A program made the translations under genes and the position numbers. Positions 24,420-40,489 of a stretch of 64,000 bases of DNA are shown here, piece by piece. This stretch comes from Eledone cirrhosa (taxonomy: Eukaryota). Numbering within the stretch: the first letter of the stretch is position 1; every line of letters starts with the position of its first letter. Location of the stretch: assembly GCA_964016885.1 (NCBI GenBank), contig OZ024740.1, forward strand, positions 319,548,001 through 319,612,000. Reading direction: 5' to 3'. The notes under the pieces are model-generated. The model did not search any database. It was not told where the DNA came from and saw nothing but the letters and a program-made list of their open reading frames with translations.

Positions 24420-27075
24420 AGTTTTAAATAAACCTGAATCAACTGAATATGGCCGTCGATCTTTTAAATCAAGACGACACCCACCACATAACGCACTGCT
24501 GGAAGAATTTGAAAACCGTATCGTCAGTATCGTCCGAAACATCAAATTCCAAAGGAATAATACACGCAATAATGAATACCTCAGGAAACTCAGCTCCACA
24601 ATCAAAAGCATGGGAGGATGCTCGGATTTACTTGTGCCCTCGGACAAAACTGGTAATGTATACATGCTTGACCAATTTACATACAACGACTGCATCGGGC
24701 AAGAGGTTAGGAAAAACTATAGGACCAAAGGACAGGACAACCTAGATAACATCAACGCCACGACCAAAAAAATAATGACAGGGCTAGCAATAGATGATAG
24801 GACAGAACTCTATGTATCCAGAAAACCGCGGATATCCATCAAGGATCACAAATTAGACTTTAGGACAAATCCCCCGTTAGGTTAATAGCACCCCCCCCCC
24901 CCCAATTGGACCTAGGTAGGGCCAGCAAGAATATCATAAATAGGATACTACCGGTACTTAGGACTAACACTAGGCTCAGCTTATGGACCTCCACGAAGGA
25001 GGTAATTGACTGGTTCTCGCTATTAGATAACAAGCAACAGGTAAATTTCATTCAATTGGACATAGCGAATTACTACGATCCGTATCACCAGCAATCGTGA
25101 ACAAGGCAATGGGTAAGTCCAACCTCACTAGAGAGGAAGCAAGCATCATAATAGCAGCGAGAAAGACGCTAATTAGCTTCGACAATAAATTATGGGAGAG
25201 AAGAGTCAGACCCGACAGTTTCGATATACTATGGGGTCGAGTGACTCTGTGCAGGTGACGAACCTAGTGGGAATATATCCCATCCAAAGGCTAGCGGAGG
25301 AGAACGCAGGGATCATCGGAGGAATATATAGAGACGACGCACTATTTACCTTCCGCTCCCTAAACCCCAGCCAGCTGGAGCGTATGAGGAAGCGCATATC
25401 ACATTTTTTTAAGCAACATGGCTTATCCGTGCTGATAGATCCTAGCACTAAGACGGTGAATTTCCTTGATGTTACTTTGGAACTGAATATGGGCATACAC
25501 CAGCCATACCACAAGCCTAATGAGAACCTGCGATATGTGAACAGGCACTCGAACCACCCCAAGTCCGTCATAGACGCCATAGTAAAAGGGGTATCCAAAC
25601 GCGTATCCACCCTGTCGGCTAACGCAGACGTGTTTAACCAGCACGCCGACTATTATAATGAGGCACTGTGCAGGGCCGGTTACACAGAAGCCATAGTGTA
25701 CACCATGGACAGGGAAGGACCTAGTGGTGAGGCACCCGGATATGAGGATAGCAATAGTACTTCCATAGGTAGACAGTACAACCTGGAACTAGCATCTAGG
25801 AATAGGAGTAGCAGTATAGATTACCGCAAGGACGCAAGACTGACACTAAGACAGACGAAGGAACATGCGGATGGCAGACCACGCAGTACACGCAGACGGA
25901 ATCACGGAACGAACACAATACGCGACGGGGACACTAGAACCAGGGACAGGGTGAAGACAGATGCGGACGTGAAACCAGGTAGAAGAAACACCCGGATCAT
26001 TAGCAATGAAATAGCCCCGACAACAGCACCAGATAGCATTAACGGGACTACCAGTAGAGCCGACAATATAGAACGGAATACTTCAGTAAGCGAACGACGA
26101 AACCCCGACGCACAGGGTAGATATATAGAAAGCGGTAACATAGGGGACGAAATAACAAGCAGACACAACCCGAGACGGACACCTGACCCAAAACACATTA
26201 CCATTACTACACACAGACGACAAAATAGGACTAGGTCTAAGACCATTACATGGTTTAACACGCCGTATTCGAAACATGTATGCAGCACTGTACCAGGCCT
26301 CTTCTTCCGAGCGTTGGACGAGTGTTTCCCGCCGTCGAGCAGGGACCACAGGATATTCAACCGCTACACGGCAAAGTTCTCCTTCTCCACCGCACCTAAC
26401 ATGGCAGACTACATGGTCAAAACCAACGCGGTGAAGTTGGGGAAACTCGACCGTCAACAGCGGCGGGCGACTGATGGTCACGCGGGGCACGGAGGGCCCC
26501 TTGCAGACAGGGTTTCCAACTATACTCCAGTCCTCGCAGCGGCCGCCATACCCGCGGAAGACGCTGTAATCGAATGTCGGGCGGAACTGAGTGACGGAGG
26601 GGAGCCCACCGCACCGACAGAACAACACCCAGAGAATCGGGGGAGTACCAAGGGCCCAGCGTTGGAAATGAGCAACATAACGACCGAACATGCAACCTCA
26701 GAGCGGACACACAATGCTCCCTGCAGAGAAGATGCCTAACGAAGGGCCTAGTATTAAATGTGTGGTTAACACGCACAACACTAAGCGCACCTACATCGGC
26801 GCAACATCCACGACCTTTAAATCGAGGATGTATAATCACACAAACTCTTTCAAGGACCGAAGCAAGAGACACTCCACTAGGCTGGCGGACCTAATATGGG
26901 ATTTGAAAGATAACGGCACCCCGTATGATCTCAACTGGAGTATCGTTCAACATGCAAATGCATATTCGGCTGGAAATAGGAAGTGTAGGCTATACCTATC
27001 CGAGGTCATGGAGATAGTCAGATTGAAGGATGATGCGGTCAACCTGAAATCGGAGATTATCATGACGTGCAGACG
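24409..27075 (+). mobile_element. Penelope-like element, frameshifted (YRDD-type RT + GIY-YIG; tentatively Hydra-clade-like)
   Basis: FKSRRHPP, SDKTGNVY, IKDHK, FIQLDIANYY, MGSSDSVQVTNLVG, GIYRDD, VNFLDVTL, SNHP, WFNTPYS, KCVV..TYIGATSTTFKSRMYNH, IWDLKD, LNWSI. Confidence 0.93.
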
Positions 27076-27409
27076 TGTGTATGTATGTATGTGTACGTAG
27101 GGTTGTCTCGCTTAGAGTGGCAGAACCGACACATTGAATAAAAAATATATATGGAGGCATTTGATTACGTCCTACTTACGTCACTTCACGACATTCCACT
27201 TTGGTTTTATATGTAGGAGACAAACTACTAAGTGGATACAATGGCCAAAAACTATTGAAGGCTGTCACCCAGCATGGTTTCAGTTTAATGACTGAAACTA
27301 GTATATGAATAAAATAACAACACTTCGAATCGGATATCTTTAGGTCCCAGATATATTTTTAAAGAGTTAAATACAATTATTTTTATAGATTTCAATATTA
27401 AAACAAGAC

Positions 27410-27915
27410 TGCGAATTGGCAGAGTCGTTAAAACATCAGATAGAATGCTATGAAGTATTCGTTTCAGCTCACTGCTCTCTGAGTTCAAATCCTACCGAGA
27501 TCAACTTACCTTTTCATCCATTTGCGGTCGATAAAAAAAGTACCAGTAAAGTACTGGGGGATCGATTCTTCCTCTATATCTCTTTCTTACTTCCATTCTC
27601 TAACTCTTTCTACCATTCTCAGGACGAAATCTGCTATATTCAGACCTGGAGAGGATTGAGCACTACCAGGTTTTTAAAAGCCATAGAAACACCGTATTGG
27701 CATATGGTGCCCCAAAACTCCCTCAAGAGTTACGGGACCATCCATCCATATTAAGACATATGACGGCAAATTGGCAGAGTCGTTAAGAAGGTCGTATAAA
27801 ATTTGTTTATGGTATTCGTTTCTGCACGAATTGAGTTCGAATCCAACCGATATCAACTTTGCTTTTCAACACATTAAGGTCGATTAAAAACGTACCAGTC
27901 TAGCACTAGGGTTGA
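27410..27915 (+). mobile_element. Two 3'-truncated SINE family A copies (27410-27565, 27762-27915)
   Basis: ttggcagagtcgtt...gagttcaaatcc...gtaccagt. Confidence 0.8.
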
Positions 27916-28054
27916 TTCTTTCTGGAAAAAAAACCTGGAAATGTACTGGGCCCCACCAGATATAAAATGGCCAAGACATATGACACAACAATGCTCCCAC
28001 GATTCCATCAGTAGTTATGGGCTTGCCAGTCTTTCCATACATCCATACATATAT

Positions 28055-28185
28055 ACAGCTGACTTCCTCCGTAAGATCGGAATGACAGCAGCCGGTCTGA
28101 GGAAGGAGCCCCGCGATGTGGGGTGCCTTTTTCAGTGAGTGTCGCTGACCATTGTCCACGATAATGCCTTTGTCATTTTGTTTGT
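28055..28185 (+). mobile_element. CRE-type non-LTR retrotransposon 3' relic (restriction-like endonuclease end)
   Basis: FLRKIG...RKEPRDVGCLFQ*VSLTIVHDNA. Confidence 0.65.
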
Positions 28186-29057
28186 GAGGTGCAACCGAAA
28201 CACTACTTTGACTTAAGTGTAGAGTCTGTCACCCCCCCCCCCCCCCTTCCCTTTTCTTTCCTTGCTTAACAATTCTAGCCCTTTCCCTACTTTCCCTCAC
28301 ATTTAAGCACTGAACGTCATGTGTTTTCTTCCAAATGTAAATTGTCAGTTTACATACATATTTAAAAATATAAAAGAAATTGATCAATATCCATTTGTTT
28401 ACTTGCATTCTTGAATGGCTTAAGTGAAACTAAATAGTCTTAATCAGGAATAGAAAGAAGAGTCACAATTTTAGCTCAACTCATGCCACGTGTAATAAAC
28501 TGTTATTTAGATTTGTTTGGACATGGTCAATTAATTTATTTATGTTTTTACTGGTTCTAAGTTCAACAGCTGTCGTGTACACCTTGCCTTTTACCCCCAA
28601 CTTCACGGTCGATAAAGTCGATAAACTACTAAGGTCAATTCATTCGACTATTCTCTTGCCTTGAAAAATATATAGCTCTGAGCCATTGAGAGAAATCATT
28701 ATTATTTTTTTTTTTTTAGTCTGTTGTTAGCAAAGATCTGCTATGGTTAAATATAGAACATTCAAAACGGGCTTATTTATGATATACATATATATAAACA
28801 ATCAAGCAGGTTCTGTCTAGATGTTTGAATACATTTAAGCAGATTGAATTAATAAGTTATGAATAATACTAAATATAATATATTTAATAAAAATAAATAA
28901 ATAAAATAGATTTACGGCATTTTTTCCTTTCAGTAAATGAATGCTAGAAATCAATATTAGAATATAGAATAATTTCCAATGTTGTCTGAGACCAGACTTG
29001 AAATTTGATTGATACGAACGACCATCAATTGAATTACTGAATAATGTTAAATATGTA

Positions 29058-29190
29058 TGTAAAGCTCTGGAATGCGTAAAGCTCTAATTATGTAAAGCTC
29101 TGAGTATGTAAACCTCTGGAGTATATAAAGCTCTGATTATGTAAAGCTGTGACTATATAAAGCTCTGGAGTACGTAAAGCTCTGAGTATA
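29058..29190. repeat. ~17-20-bp tandem repeat (gtaaagctctg..agtat), ~7 copies
   Basis: Direct inspection. Confidence 0.9.
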
Positions 29191-29390
29191 TACAGTTCTT
29201 TGATATTTCGCACCGGTCGCCGTTAAGACTTCAAGTATACTTGGACCCCGTATAGTCGAGCTCCTCCGCAAGATCGGAACGTCGGTGGCCCGTCTGAGGA
29301 AGGAGCCCGCGCGGTGGGGTGGCTGTTGCAGCGTGTGTCGCTGGCCATTGTCCGCGGGAACGTTTTTGCTACCTTGTCCGCGGGGCACAG
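29185..29390 (+). mobile_element. CRE-type non-LTR retrotransposon 3' relic
   Basis: YFAPVAVKTSSILGP..ELLRKIG..RKEP then, after a frameshift, WLLQRVSLAIVRGN; matches the RLE C-terminal pattern FxPxAVETxG..LxQRxSxAIxRGN. Confidence 0.75.
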
Positions 29391-29742
29391 CCCCTTTACC
29401 ACCGCGCCCTAGGCCCAGAGCCCAAGCCTCCCCCTCTCCTCTCCATTCTCCTGTGACACATCTTTGCCATTTCTTACCTTTTACGTTTTTCTTTTTCTCT
29501 TTTTTCTTTATATTTTCCTATTTTACATTCCAAAATTTAAATTTTCTTTTTCTATTAAAGTGTATTTATCATACATGATATGTTCCATAAATAAAATTAC
29601 CAATATCAATCGTTTAGGATCTCGTGTAAAAGGAAGTCTCAGTTTAAAATACATCTTTATCACTTTAATACGTAACAAAAATTAAAATGATAAATAAACA
29701 TACAAATATAAATATGCTGTATTATTGATTGTACGGTATCAA

Positions 29743-30182
29743 TGGGGGTGAGGTGGCAGAGTTGTTAGAGCGTAGGATAAATGCTTAGCAGTATTGACGT
29801 CAATCGGCTATTGACGTTCTGAGTTCAAATACCGATGAGGTCAAATTTGCTTTTCAGCCTTCCGAAGGCGATAAAATAGTCTTAATCAAGCACTGAGATC
29901 GATATGATCAACTTTCTCCTCTCCACTAATTGCTGGTCTGGTCTTGTGCCTAAATAAGAAAAGGGCGGTGGTTTAGCAGTATCGATAAAGCTTCGGACGA
30001 CATACTTTGAGGCACAGAGTTATGGTCCTTTACGTTCTAAGTTCAAATCTTGCCAAGATTAACTTTGCCTTTCATCCTTACAGGGTCGATAAAATAAAGT
30101 ACCAGTAATACACTGGAGTCGATTTAATCGACTTTCTCGTCCCCCAATTTTTGTTGGCCTTGTGCCTAAATTAGAAATCATT
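29743..30182 (+). mobile_element. Two tandem SINE family A copies
   Basis: Consensus match. Confidence 0.85.
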
Positions 30183-30329
30183 ATCTATGAAGTGCTAAAC
30201 TTTTACGTCAAAGTTTCGACGAATACTAAATAATAAAATATTTTGTGAAATTCTTCGCTGTCTCTCCTCTGTGCCATGTTGAAATTTGATGGCTTTCGCA
30301 AATAAATGAATGCATATCTAAAATAAACA

Positions 30330-30900
30330 TGAAAGCAGGAAGTGGAAATAGAATATGCTTGAAACTATTGTTGTTGTCAACATCTGACGGTGCTTTAGCA
30401 TGGTACTTCAGATCGAGTTATAACAGGTTGTTGCTACACTTTAACCGTGTTTTGGCTGTGATCAGTGTGTACACTCCGACTCTTGTAAGACCCCGAGAAG
30501 AAATAGTTCAATTTTACGTGGATCTATGAATAGTCTTGAAAAATGTAAATCGGGATGGCAAACTATTAGTTTGGGTGACTTGAATACTCGTAGTGAGTGT
30601 GACTACTATTTAGAACAGCATATGACGTCATGGAATGGGAAGTGTAATAGCAACGAACTTCTCGTGCTGCAGGTATGCCAGGATGTTAACATAGGAAACA
30701 CATGGGTCAGACAGAAGAACAAGTAGAAGGAGATTTGGAAGCACCCACGTTCAGGTTAATGGTATATTATTGACTATATGATTGTAAGACGTAACGATTT
30801 ACGGGATGTTAGATCTATCTGTTGTATGAGAGGGGAAGAGTGTTGGACTTATCACCCGTACCCCAACAACGTCTCTCCGTGTTAATGTTCGGAAAAAGAT
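30330..30900 (+). mobile_element. RTE-clade LINE AP-endonuclease relic
   Basis: VISVYTPTL..FYVDL, LGDLNTR, GKCNSN..L, NTW, WKHPRS..W..IDYMIVR..DL.DV, ECWTYH. Confidence 0.85.
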
Positions 30901-30919
30901 GAAAGATGGTAGTGTCAAG

Positions 30920-33436
<2,517 letters not shown>

Positions 33437-33614
33437 GACGAACCCACAACATACACACGTCAACATACATACCTACATCAGCACACATCTCTACCCACAT
33501 ATAAACACAATGACACACGTAAACACACATGCTCTATGGTGCAATACAAAAAAATATATGTGCATATATATGTATGTATATATGTATATATGTATATATA
33601 TGTATGTAGTGAAA

Positions 33615-33656
<42 letters not shown>

Positions 33657-33967
33657 ATATATGTGTATATAGTGAATATCATTTCACACCTTTTATTGTT
33701 AAGATTGTTGATGTTCTATTAAGAGAACCGATTTTACTGAAAAAATCGAATAATGTACACCATTTTACCAGGGGGGGAAAAAAATACTGGTCCACCCACA
33801 CACGCACACACACACACACACACATATATACACAGACACATACACACGCGTACATCAACATACAAAGAGACTTATACACACACACACACACACACACGCA
33901 CTTCTCCGTATAAGACAAAAGCTGAAAAATATCTTTTGACCTTCGAATGACTCTGCTGTGTGTATGT

Positions 33968-34003
<36 letters not shown>

Positions 34004-34072
34004 ATCTTAATAGCCATTTGACACACATCGCTGGTGGCTATTGTCGCAGCATCGAATACCTTACTACTACTA

Positions 34073-34134
<62 letters not shown>

Positions 34135-34159
34135 TTGTTGTGAAAGAGTCATTTCTCAA

Positions 34160-34395
34160 TCTTGGCGCAAAACCAATTTTTTATCCACATGACCTCTACC
34201 GACCAATCAAAATTGTTTTGACCATAATCTTTGCTGGAGCCACTTTTCTAACATTTTAACATAAAAACAGTCTTGGCGCAAAATCAACTTTTTACATTCA
34301 CATGACCTCTACCGACCAATCAAAATTGTTTTGACCACAAGCATTTTTACAACACAAAAATAACGCTGGAGCCATTTTTTTAACATAAAAACAGG
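34160..34395. repeat. Direct repeat, ~110-bp period, 2 copies
   Basis: tcttggcgcaaaa...cacatgacctctaccgaccaatcaaaattgttttgacca at 34160 and 34271. Confidence 0.85.
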
Positions 34396-34613
34396 TAGAA
34401 TTCCCAAAACTAATCAGATCAGAGCAAACAGCACGGACACTCTATCTCAAAATTATTTTTGAAAAGCATTTAGAAATGCGCAACCGGTAAAAACTTAAAA
34501 ACTTAAAACCACAACTGAATACTAACCCATACAATCACTAATACTCTTTTATTCCTAATTAAACCATTTTTCAACTGTGAACAATTTGTCAGCATTTTCT
34601 ATTCCGTTTACCA

Positions 34614-34644
<31 letters not shown>

Positions 34645-35167
34645 CTTGGATCAACTGAGACATCAAGGTACGACTTTGCTAGTGAAATCGTCAAGTCTAA
34701 CTGAATTATCCCCGACAGCGAAACTCCGCAGTCTCAGTCAATCCACGATGTATGGGATGGAATGCAGTTCCGTCGGTTTTTTCGACGATCACCATTCTAG
34801 TGGTTCGATCAACGCAATGGCCAGCTCGTGAAATTAACGTGCAAGAATGTAAACATCCCACAGACACATGTGTATGACAACGCTGACTTATTGAACTATA
34901 GGTACAGTCCATCTGACGGGCTTCCAAACGGGTCGACTCGAAGCTTATGAAAAATAACACTTGCCCAAGATGCCACGCAGTCAGACCGAACACAACCTAA
35001 CTCCTTAATCATTCAAATTTGCCTCCGTTCACCAAGTTGTATCATAAATTTGAGTTTATGATAAATATTGAGTCTCCTATCAGCAAATGTTTGCTGTTAT
35101 TTGTAATCCTATAAGACATCAACCTAAACATTAATACACACACATACACACACACACGTGCGCACAC

Positions 35168-35520
35168 AATGGCTGCAGTTTGATTTCAACTAATGCTATC
35201 GCTTGATTCTTTAGCATGAGCAGCACGGGTGTGTCTTTTTAGTCCTGCTAGGGACTCGCCTATGGCTAGCAATACCATGCATCGCAAAAAATGTCATATA
35301 TCAAACGATCCCCGTGCTTGAAGGTTTTTTAAGTGAGGAAATACAGCACTGAGCCAATCCCACTCTCTGAGCGACAGTAGCTATAACCCGAAAAGAAGAA
35401 AAGATCAACATTATCGGTAACTACTGAGCCGCATGATTTATGTCGGAGTTATCCCAGTTTCCTGAGTTGCCTTCTCCTAGAAGAAAGCCCTCACAAAGGC
35501 TAGGGGGTCCTTCACTACCA
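35168..35520 (-). mobile_element. Non-autonomous RTE-derived element (paralog of 17035-17360)
   Basis: Colinear similarity to the 17-kb copy. Confidence 0.5.
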
Positions 35521-35896
35521 GTGGTTTAACCGCGCAATCGGGTATCAAACCCGATTATTTCTATGTCTCCGCGCATACATATGTACACATGTATATACAT
35601 GTCGGGTCACTCTTGAGTGCTACTGGTAACATGTAACCCAGTAAACCTGTCGCATGGTCGGGTCGTCGGCGACTAAACCCGCAGCCCCACCAAGTTTACT
35701 TGGTAAGGAGGGTGATTTTGGACACCCTGCAGGACAAAAAAAAAAAACCTGACAAAGGGCGGAAGACCTCATAAGTGTCAACGGCCATCCAAATGTGTGT
35801 AACTATGTATATACTGTACACATGTACATATGTATGTATATGTATATATGTATACGCATGTGTACATGTGTATACATACATACATATAATAATTAT

Positions 35897-36160
35897 ATGC
35901 TCAAGAGGGTCATTAAGGGGATCCGTTTCTGGTAATGGAAGCCATCAATAGGGCCATGACAACGGGACTGCAGAGAATCCTGGGAGAATCCTATCAAGAG
36001 TGTATGGAAGCGTGGCGGAGAAGGATGGGAAAGTGCGTTAGACTCGAGAGGAATTATTTCAAAGAGGAAAACATGAACTTGTAGTTTGTAATTTGGATTT
36101 GAATTACAATTTTTTTTTTTTTTTGCGACCCCAGTCCTGTTTCTTTTCTGACGCACCTCC
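35897..36160 (+). mobile_element. Mariner transposase C-terminal relic plus 3' TIR
   Basis: LKRVIKGIRF..EAINRAMTTGLQRILGESYQECMEAWRRRMGKCVRLERNYF; ends cttttctgacgcacctc. Confidence 0.8.
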
Positions 36161-36399
36161 TATAAATAATATGATATATATTTTCACTAAACCCTTGGTA
36201 GTATTATTATTCATGGTGTGTGACTTTACATTCGTACGATGCTCGTATTTTTTACCCTATGGATTGCACCTCGGATGAATTTTTTCTTTATATTTGTGGA
36301 TCCTGCAAACACGGAATTAAATTTTGTCATATCTCAAAACAGTTGATCTCTCAATTTATTAAAATTGCACACTCACACAGACACACAGACACACACACA

Positions 36400-37048
<649 letters not shown>

Positions 37049-37741
37049 GAAAAAGATAAAACTTCTTTTAAGACATAAAAGCCAGCTGTGTTGCATGGAT
37101 TCTGCATGATTTTCCGGCGCTAAAATTTCAGCTATATTGAATTAAACATACATAAAAAATAAACTTGAAAGAAGTACATCAAATTACATGTTAGATATTT
37201 AAATGTGAACTGCAGATAATTTCCAATCTTCAACGCATTCGTAACATGGCTTAGTATTATGTTACAAGTCGCCATTAGCATTTAAAAAAAAAACTAATGA
37301 CAGGCATGGATAGGTTGGCAAAACGCGTATAATGGCGGCGTGTCTAAATCGTAAATAACGATCTAATGTGAATGTAATATTCCGATTTGCTGATACATCA
37401 GTAACATTCTAGGTTATTAATTGTCGTTACGCTAGCAAGTAGTATTTCGATCAGCAAGAAATAGTAGCTAAATCACCATCAAATTGTCCTCTTATCTACC
37501 CTATTATTAGCAAAAAGCTAATATTCCAATCTGAATTCTTTATCCATCTGTCCATTTTCAGCACCATCTTCAATTTCCTCACACACACATTATATATATT
37601 ATGTGTCCTTTGTCATTTTATTTTAAAAAGTTGTTTTTCGTTTTATTTTCTTTCCATTCATTGTCTTGTCCTCTCTTTGTTAAATTTATTATATATATAT
37701 ATATATAATTTAAGGAATGGGTATACTCGAGCACGAGGTAA

Positions 37742-37778
<37 letters not shown>

Positions 37779-37824
37779 AAAATAACAGGAGGCTGGACTT
37801 GTGTAAATCCTTGAAAGGTTTATT

Positions 37825-37882
37825 ATACTATGATCATTTCAATGACCGGGTTCCGTATGAATCCGGTGATATCATCAGGTAT
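37825..37882 (-). ncRNA. Type-I hammerhead ribozyme
   Basis: Minus strand: atac-CTGATGA-tatc ACCGG attcatacggaac CCGGT catt-GAAA-TGATCA-TA-gtat; stem I atac/gtat, palindromic TGATCA stem III. Confidence 0.8.
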
Positions 37883-38199
37883 TCGAAATATAATAAATGA
37901 ATGTAACAGATAAAATCCATGGGGCTGAAAATCATAGACCCGAGGACGACCGACCATCTAGCATCTTCCACTTTAGCCGGTCGCCCTCAAGTGCTGCCCA
38001 TTCGGCCTACTTAAGGCTATCTGGTGAGGGGGCTAAAGCTTATAGTGTGCTACTAATCTCCCGGTCAAAGAGAAGAAAAACAGAAAGGAAGAAGAAGAAA
38101 AGTCACCGTTAATGTCATGCTACAAGAATATATATATATCATATATATATATATGATGGTTACCTCGTGCTCGAGTATAGCCATTCCTTAAATTTTCAA

Positions 38200-39060
38200 G
38201 AACGCCTCTACGTGTGTATAGCATAAACATGTCGTTTTAGGCTAGTAAAGGTCCCACATACTCCTTCATAGATGTTACAGACATGGCTGTTGGCAACAGG
38301 AATTGGTGTATGGTTGTCATGTACCACCCATGTGCCACTTCAGGCCTTCTGCTGATTGGCAGACGAACGCATTGGTGGCAAATTGTTATACCATACGGAC
38401 CAATGTAATTTGCATCATTCCTTTGTACATGGCTTCTTTTGTGATTTTTTAATCCAGGTTTGCTGAGGATCCTCCCACACTCATTACATGTCGGCTTTCT
38501 TTGGTTTCCCGCGCTTCCTGGCAATTCCACTTTCAATGCCTTCCTCAATGAACTTTTTAACCTTCCATAATTTCTTCGGGCCTTTCAAAATGTGTTTCCC
38601 TCCATACAAAGTTTCCTTCCACCAACTTCAACTATCAGGCATGCAAGCTTTTAAGAAAGATGTTTTCTCTAGGTCCTTGAATTTAATCTTATGTTTATGA
38701 GGTGGACGTTTGCTATCTACCAGATCACCATGAAGGAGTTGCTTGGGTAAGCTAGTCCTCCGTTCTCCCCACATGTCCCATACATCGCAGACGGTGCTGC
38801 AAGATAACCGACTCGATATTTTGACAGTCACTTCTTTCAAGGACTTTAACATCCCTCCAGCACATCTTCCAGTGTAGAACCAAGTTTATTCAAAGGCACT
38901 GCTGGTGAAAGTGCTTCAACTGTTTTAGATGCTTCTATTTGTTTTAGATGCTTCTAGTAAGTAACCTGCGCCTCAAAAGCGTACAATAAAGATGACAATA
39001 CATAGGTTATGACGACCTTAACTTTAGTATCAATAGAAATACCCCGCTGAGACAATAGTC
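38200..39060 (-). mobile_element. RTE-clade LINE 3' relic (RT C-terminus + zinc fingers)
   Basis: SLPKQLLHGDL..SKRP....KFKD, CNECGRILSKPGLKNHKRSH. Confidence 0.8.
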
Positions 39061-39079
39061 GCTTTTTCAACTTTCAGAA

Positions 39080-39145
<66 letters not shown>

Positions 39146-39300
39146 ACACACACACACACACACGCACGCACACACGCACACGCACACGCACACGCACACA
39201 CACACACACCACGCCCACGTTTTTTTCTCAAAATATTTTTTCCGTTCCTTCCTCTTTTCAATCTGGATCTTTCTATTTCATCTTTTATTTCTCATTCTAT

Positions 39301-39335
39301 TTTCTGATGAAGGACTTGTGGTCTGAAATGTCAAG
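39301..39335 (+). ncRNA. Minimal hammerhead, slightly degenerate
   Basis: ttt-CTGATGA-a-GGAC ttgtg GTCT-GAAA-tg-TC-aag. Confidence 0.55.
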
Positions 39336-39436
39336 CACTTTTCCACTGTATCAAGTGTTAAATTAATATATTTTTTCATTGTAGTGTGTTGTTTGCTTTG
39401 TTGTTTACGTTTACTTTTGCATACGTATACATAGAT

Positions 39437-39502
<66 letters not shown>

Positions 39503-39504
<2 letters not shown>

Positions 39505-39641
39505 CAAAGAAAGTGTGGTAAGAAACCAGGTGTACCATAACGCACCAGAGTACTCGATACTTAGAGTAGTAGAGTGGGTAATAGGAAAAGAGTCAGGACC
39601 CCGACGGCTGAGCTCCGGCCGTTTCGACAGGAGTCCTGACT
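39503..39641 (-). mobile_element. Short (TA)n-embedded element with a core-deleted hammerhead
   Basis: Minus strand: agtcaggactc-CTG[deletion]tc-GAAA-CGGC cggagctca GCCG-TC-ggggtcctgact. Confidence 0.7.
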
Positions 39642-40489
39642 ATATATATATACGCACAAACAACTGTCTAGCTGTTTCCGGTTACTCAGCGGTGAAGCAC
39701 CTTTACAGCCAAGGGTTGTTGTTGTTGTTTAGCTCCAAGTCGGCGCTGGTTGAGCAGACCGGGCCCATTGCACACTACACTACATTATCCAATATACCCC
39801 CTTTTTAAGGCAGTAGAATAAAGTTTGAAGGAAATGTAGCTGCTATTTTAAACAAGTATATGACCACTTCGAGGATCTTGTTTTGCTTGATTCATGAATT
39901 GTTATTTAACTGCAAATCAATCTCGACTGAGCCGAGTTCTGATAGGGGGTATTCCTGCTACAACCACTCAACACACATCTACAATTATATCATCCAACAT
40001 GTTCTTATATTACAGAGACTTGGCTTCTATTTGATACAGATATAGTAACTAGGTAGTGGTACTTCTGAAGTTGTGCAATGGTGGTGGTCGTGGTGGTGTT
40101 GGCGGGGGTAAATAGGGGTTTCTTTGGTTAGAAAGCGACCATACGACCCCATGTGGTAAGATATGCTGCAGAAACATATCAAATGAGTTTATACAGTTAG
40201 TGTATGTGTTCTGTCAAAGATATGCAAGTAGTTAAGAAGTAAAAAAAAAACATTAACTTAAGCAGACATTATTTTGACACCAACAGTAAAATTATTCAAT
40301 CGTGCAGATGTCTCGTTATTTTGTCTAAGAGTAATCTTTATATTAAGCAAAATTTAACGGTTATGTCAAAACATATTTCGATCTAAAATGTCATACGCTG
40401 GTTGGCCAAGACTTTTATGTTGACTATCTCATATGTAATGGTTTCTTTATTATCTAAGAAAAGGAAATATGCTTGCTGCTGTTGTTTTT

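Noticed and set aside
25902-26872. Long antisense ORFs over the PLE
   Set aside because: Expected shadow frames of a GC-richer coding strand; no recognisable motifs.
34640-34750. GAAACT..AGTC half-hammerhead within a 19-bp inverted repeat
   Set aside because: No CTGANGA box in register; too weak to call.
35600-35780. Possible HDV-like ribozyme in a GC-rich RTE-5'-UTR-like segment
   Set aside because: Could not build the nested double pseudoknot (no P1.1/P2 pairing); only simple hairpins.
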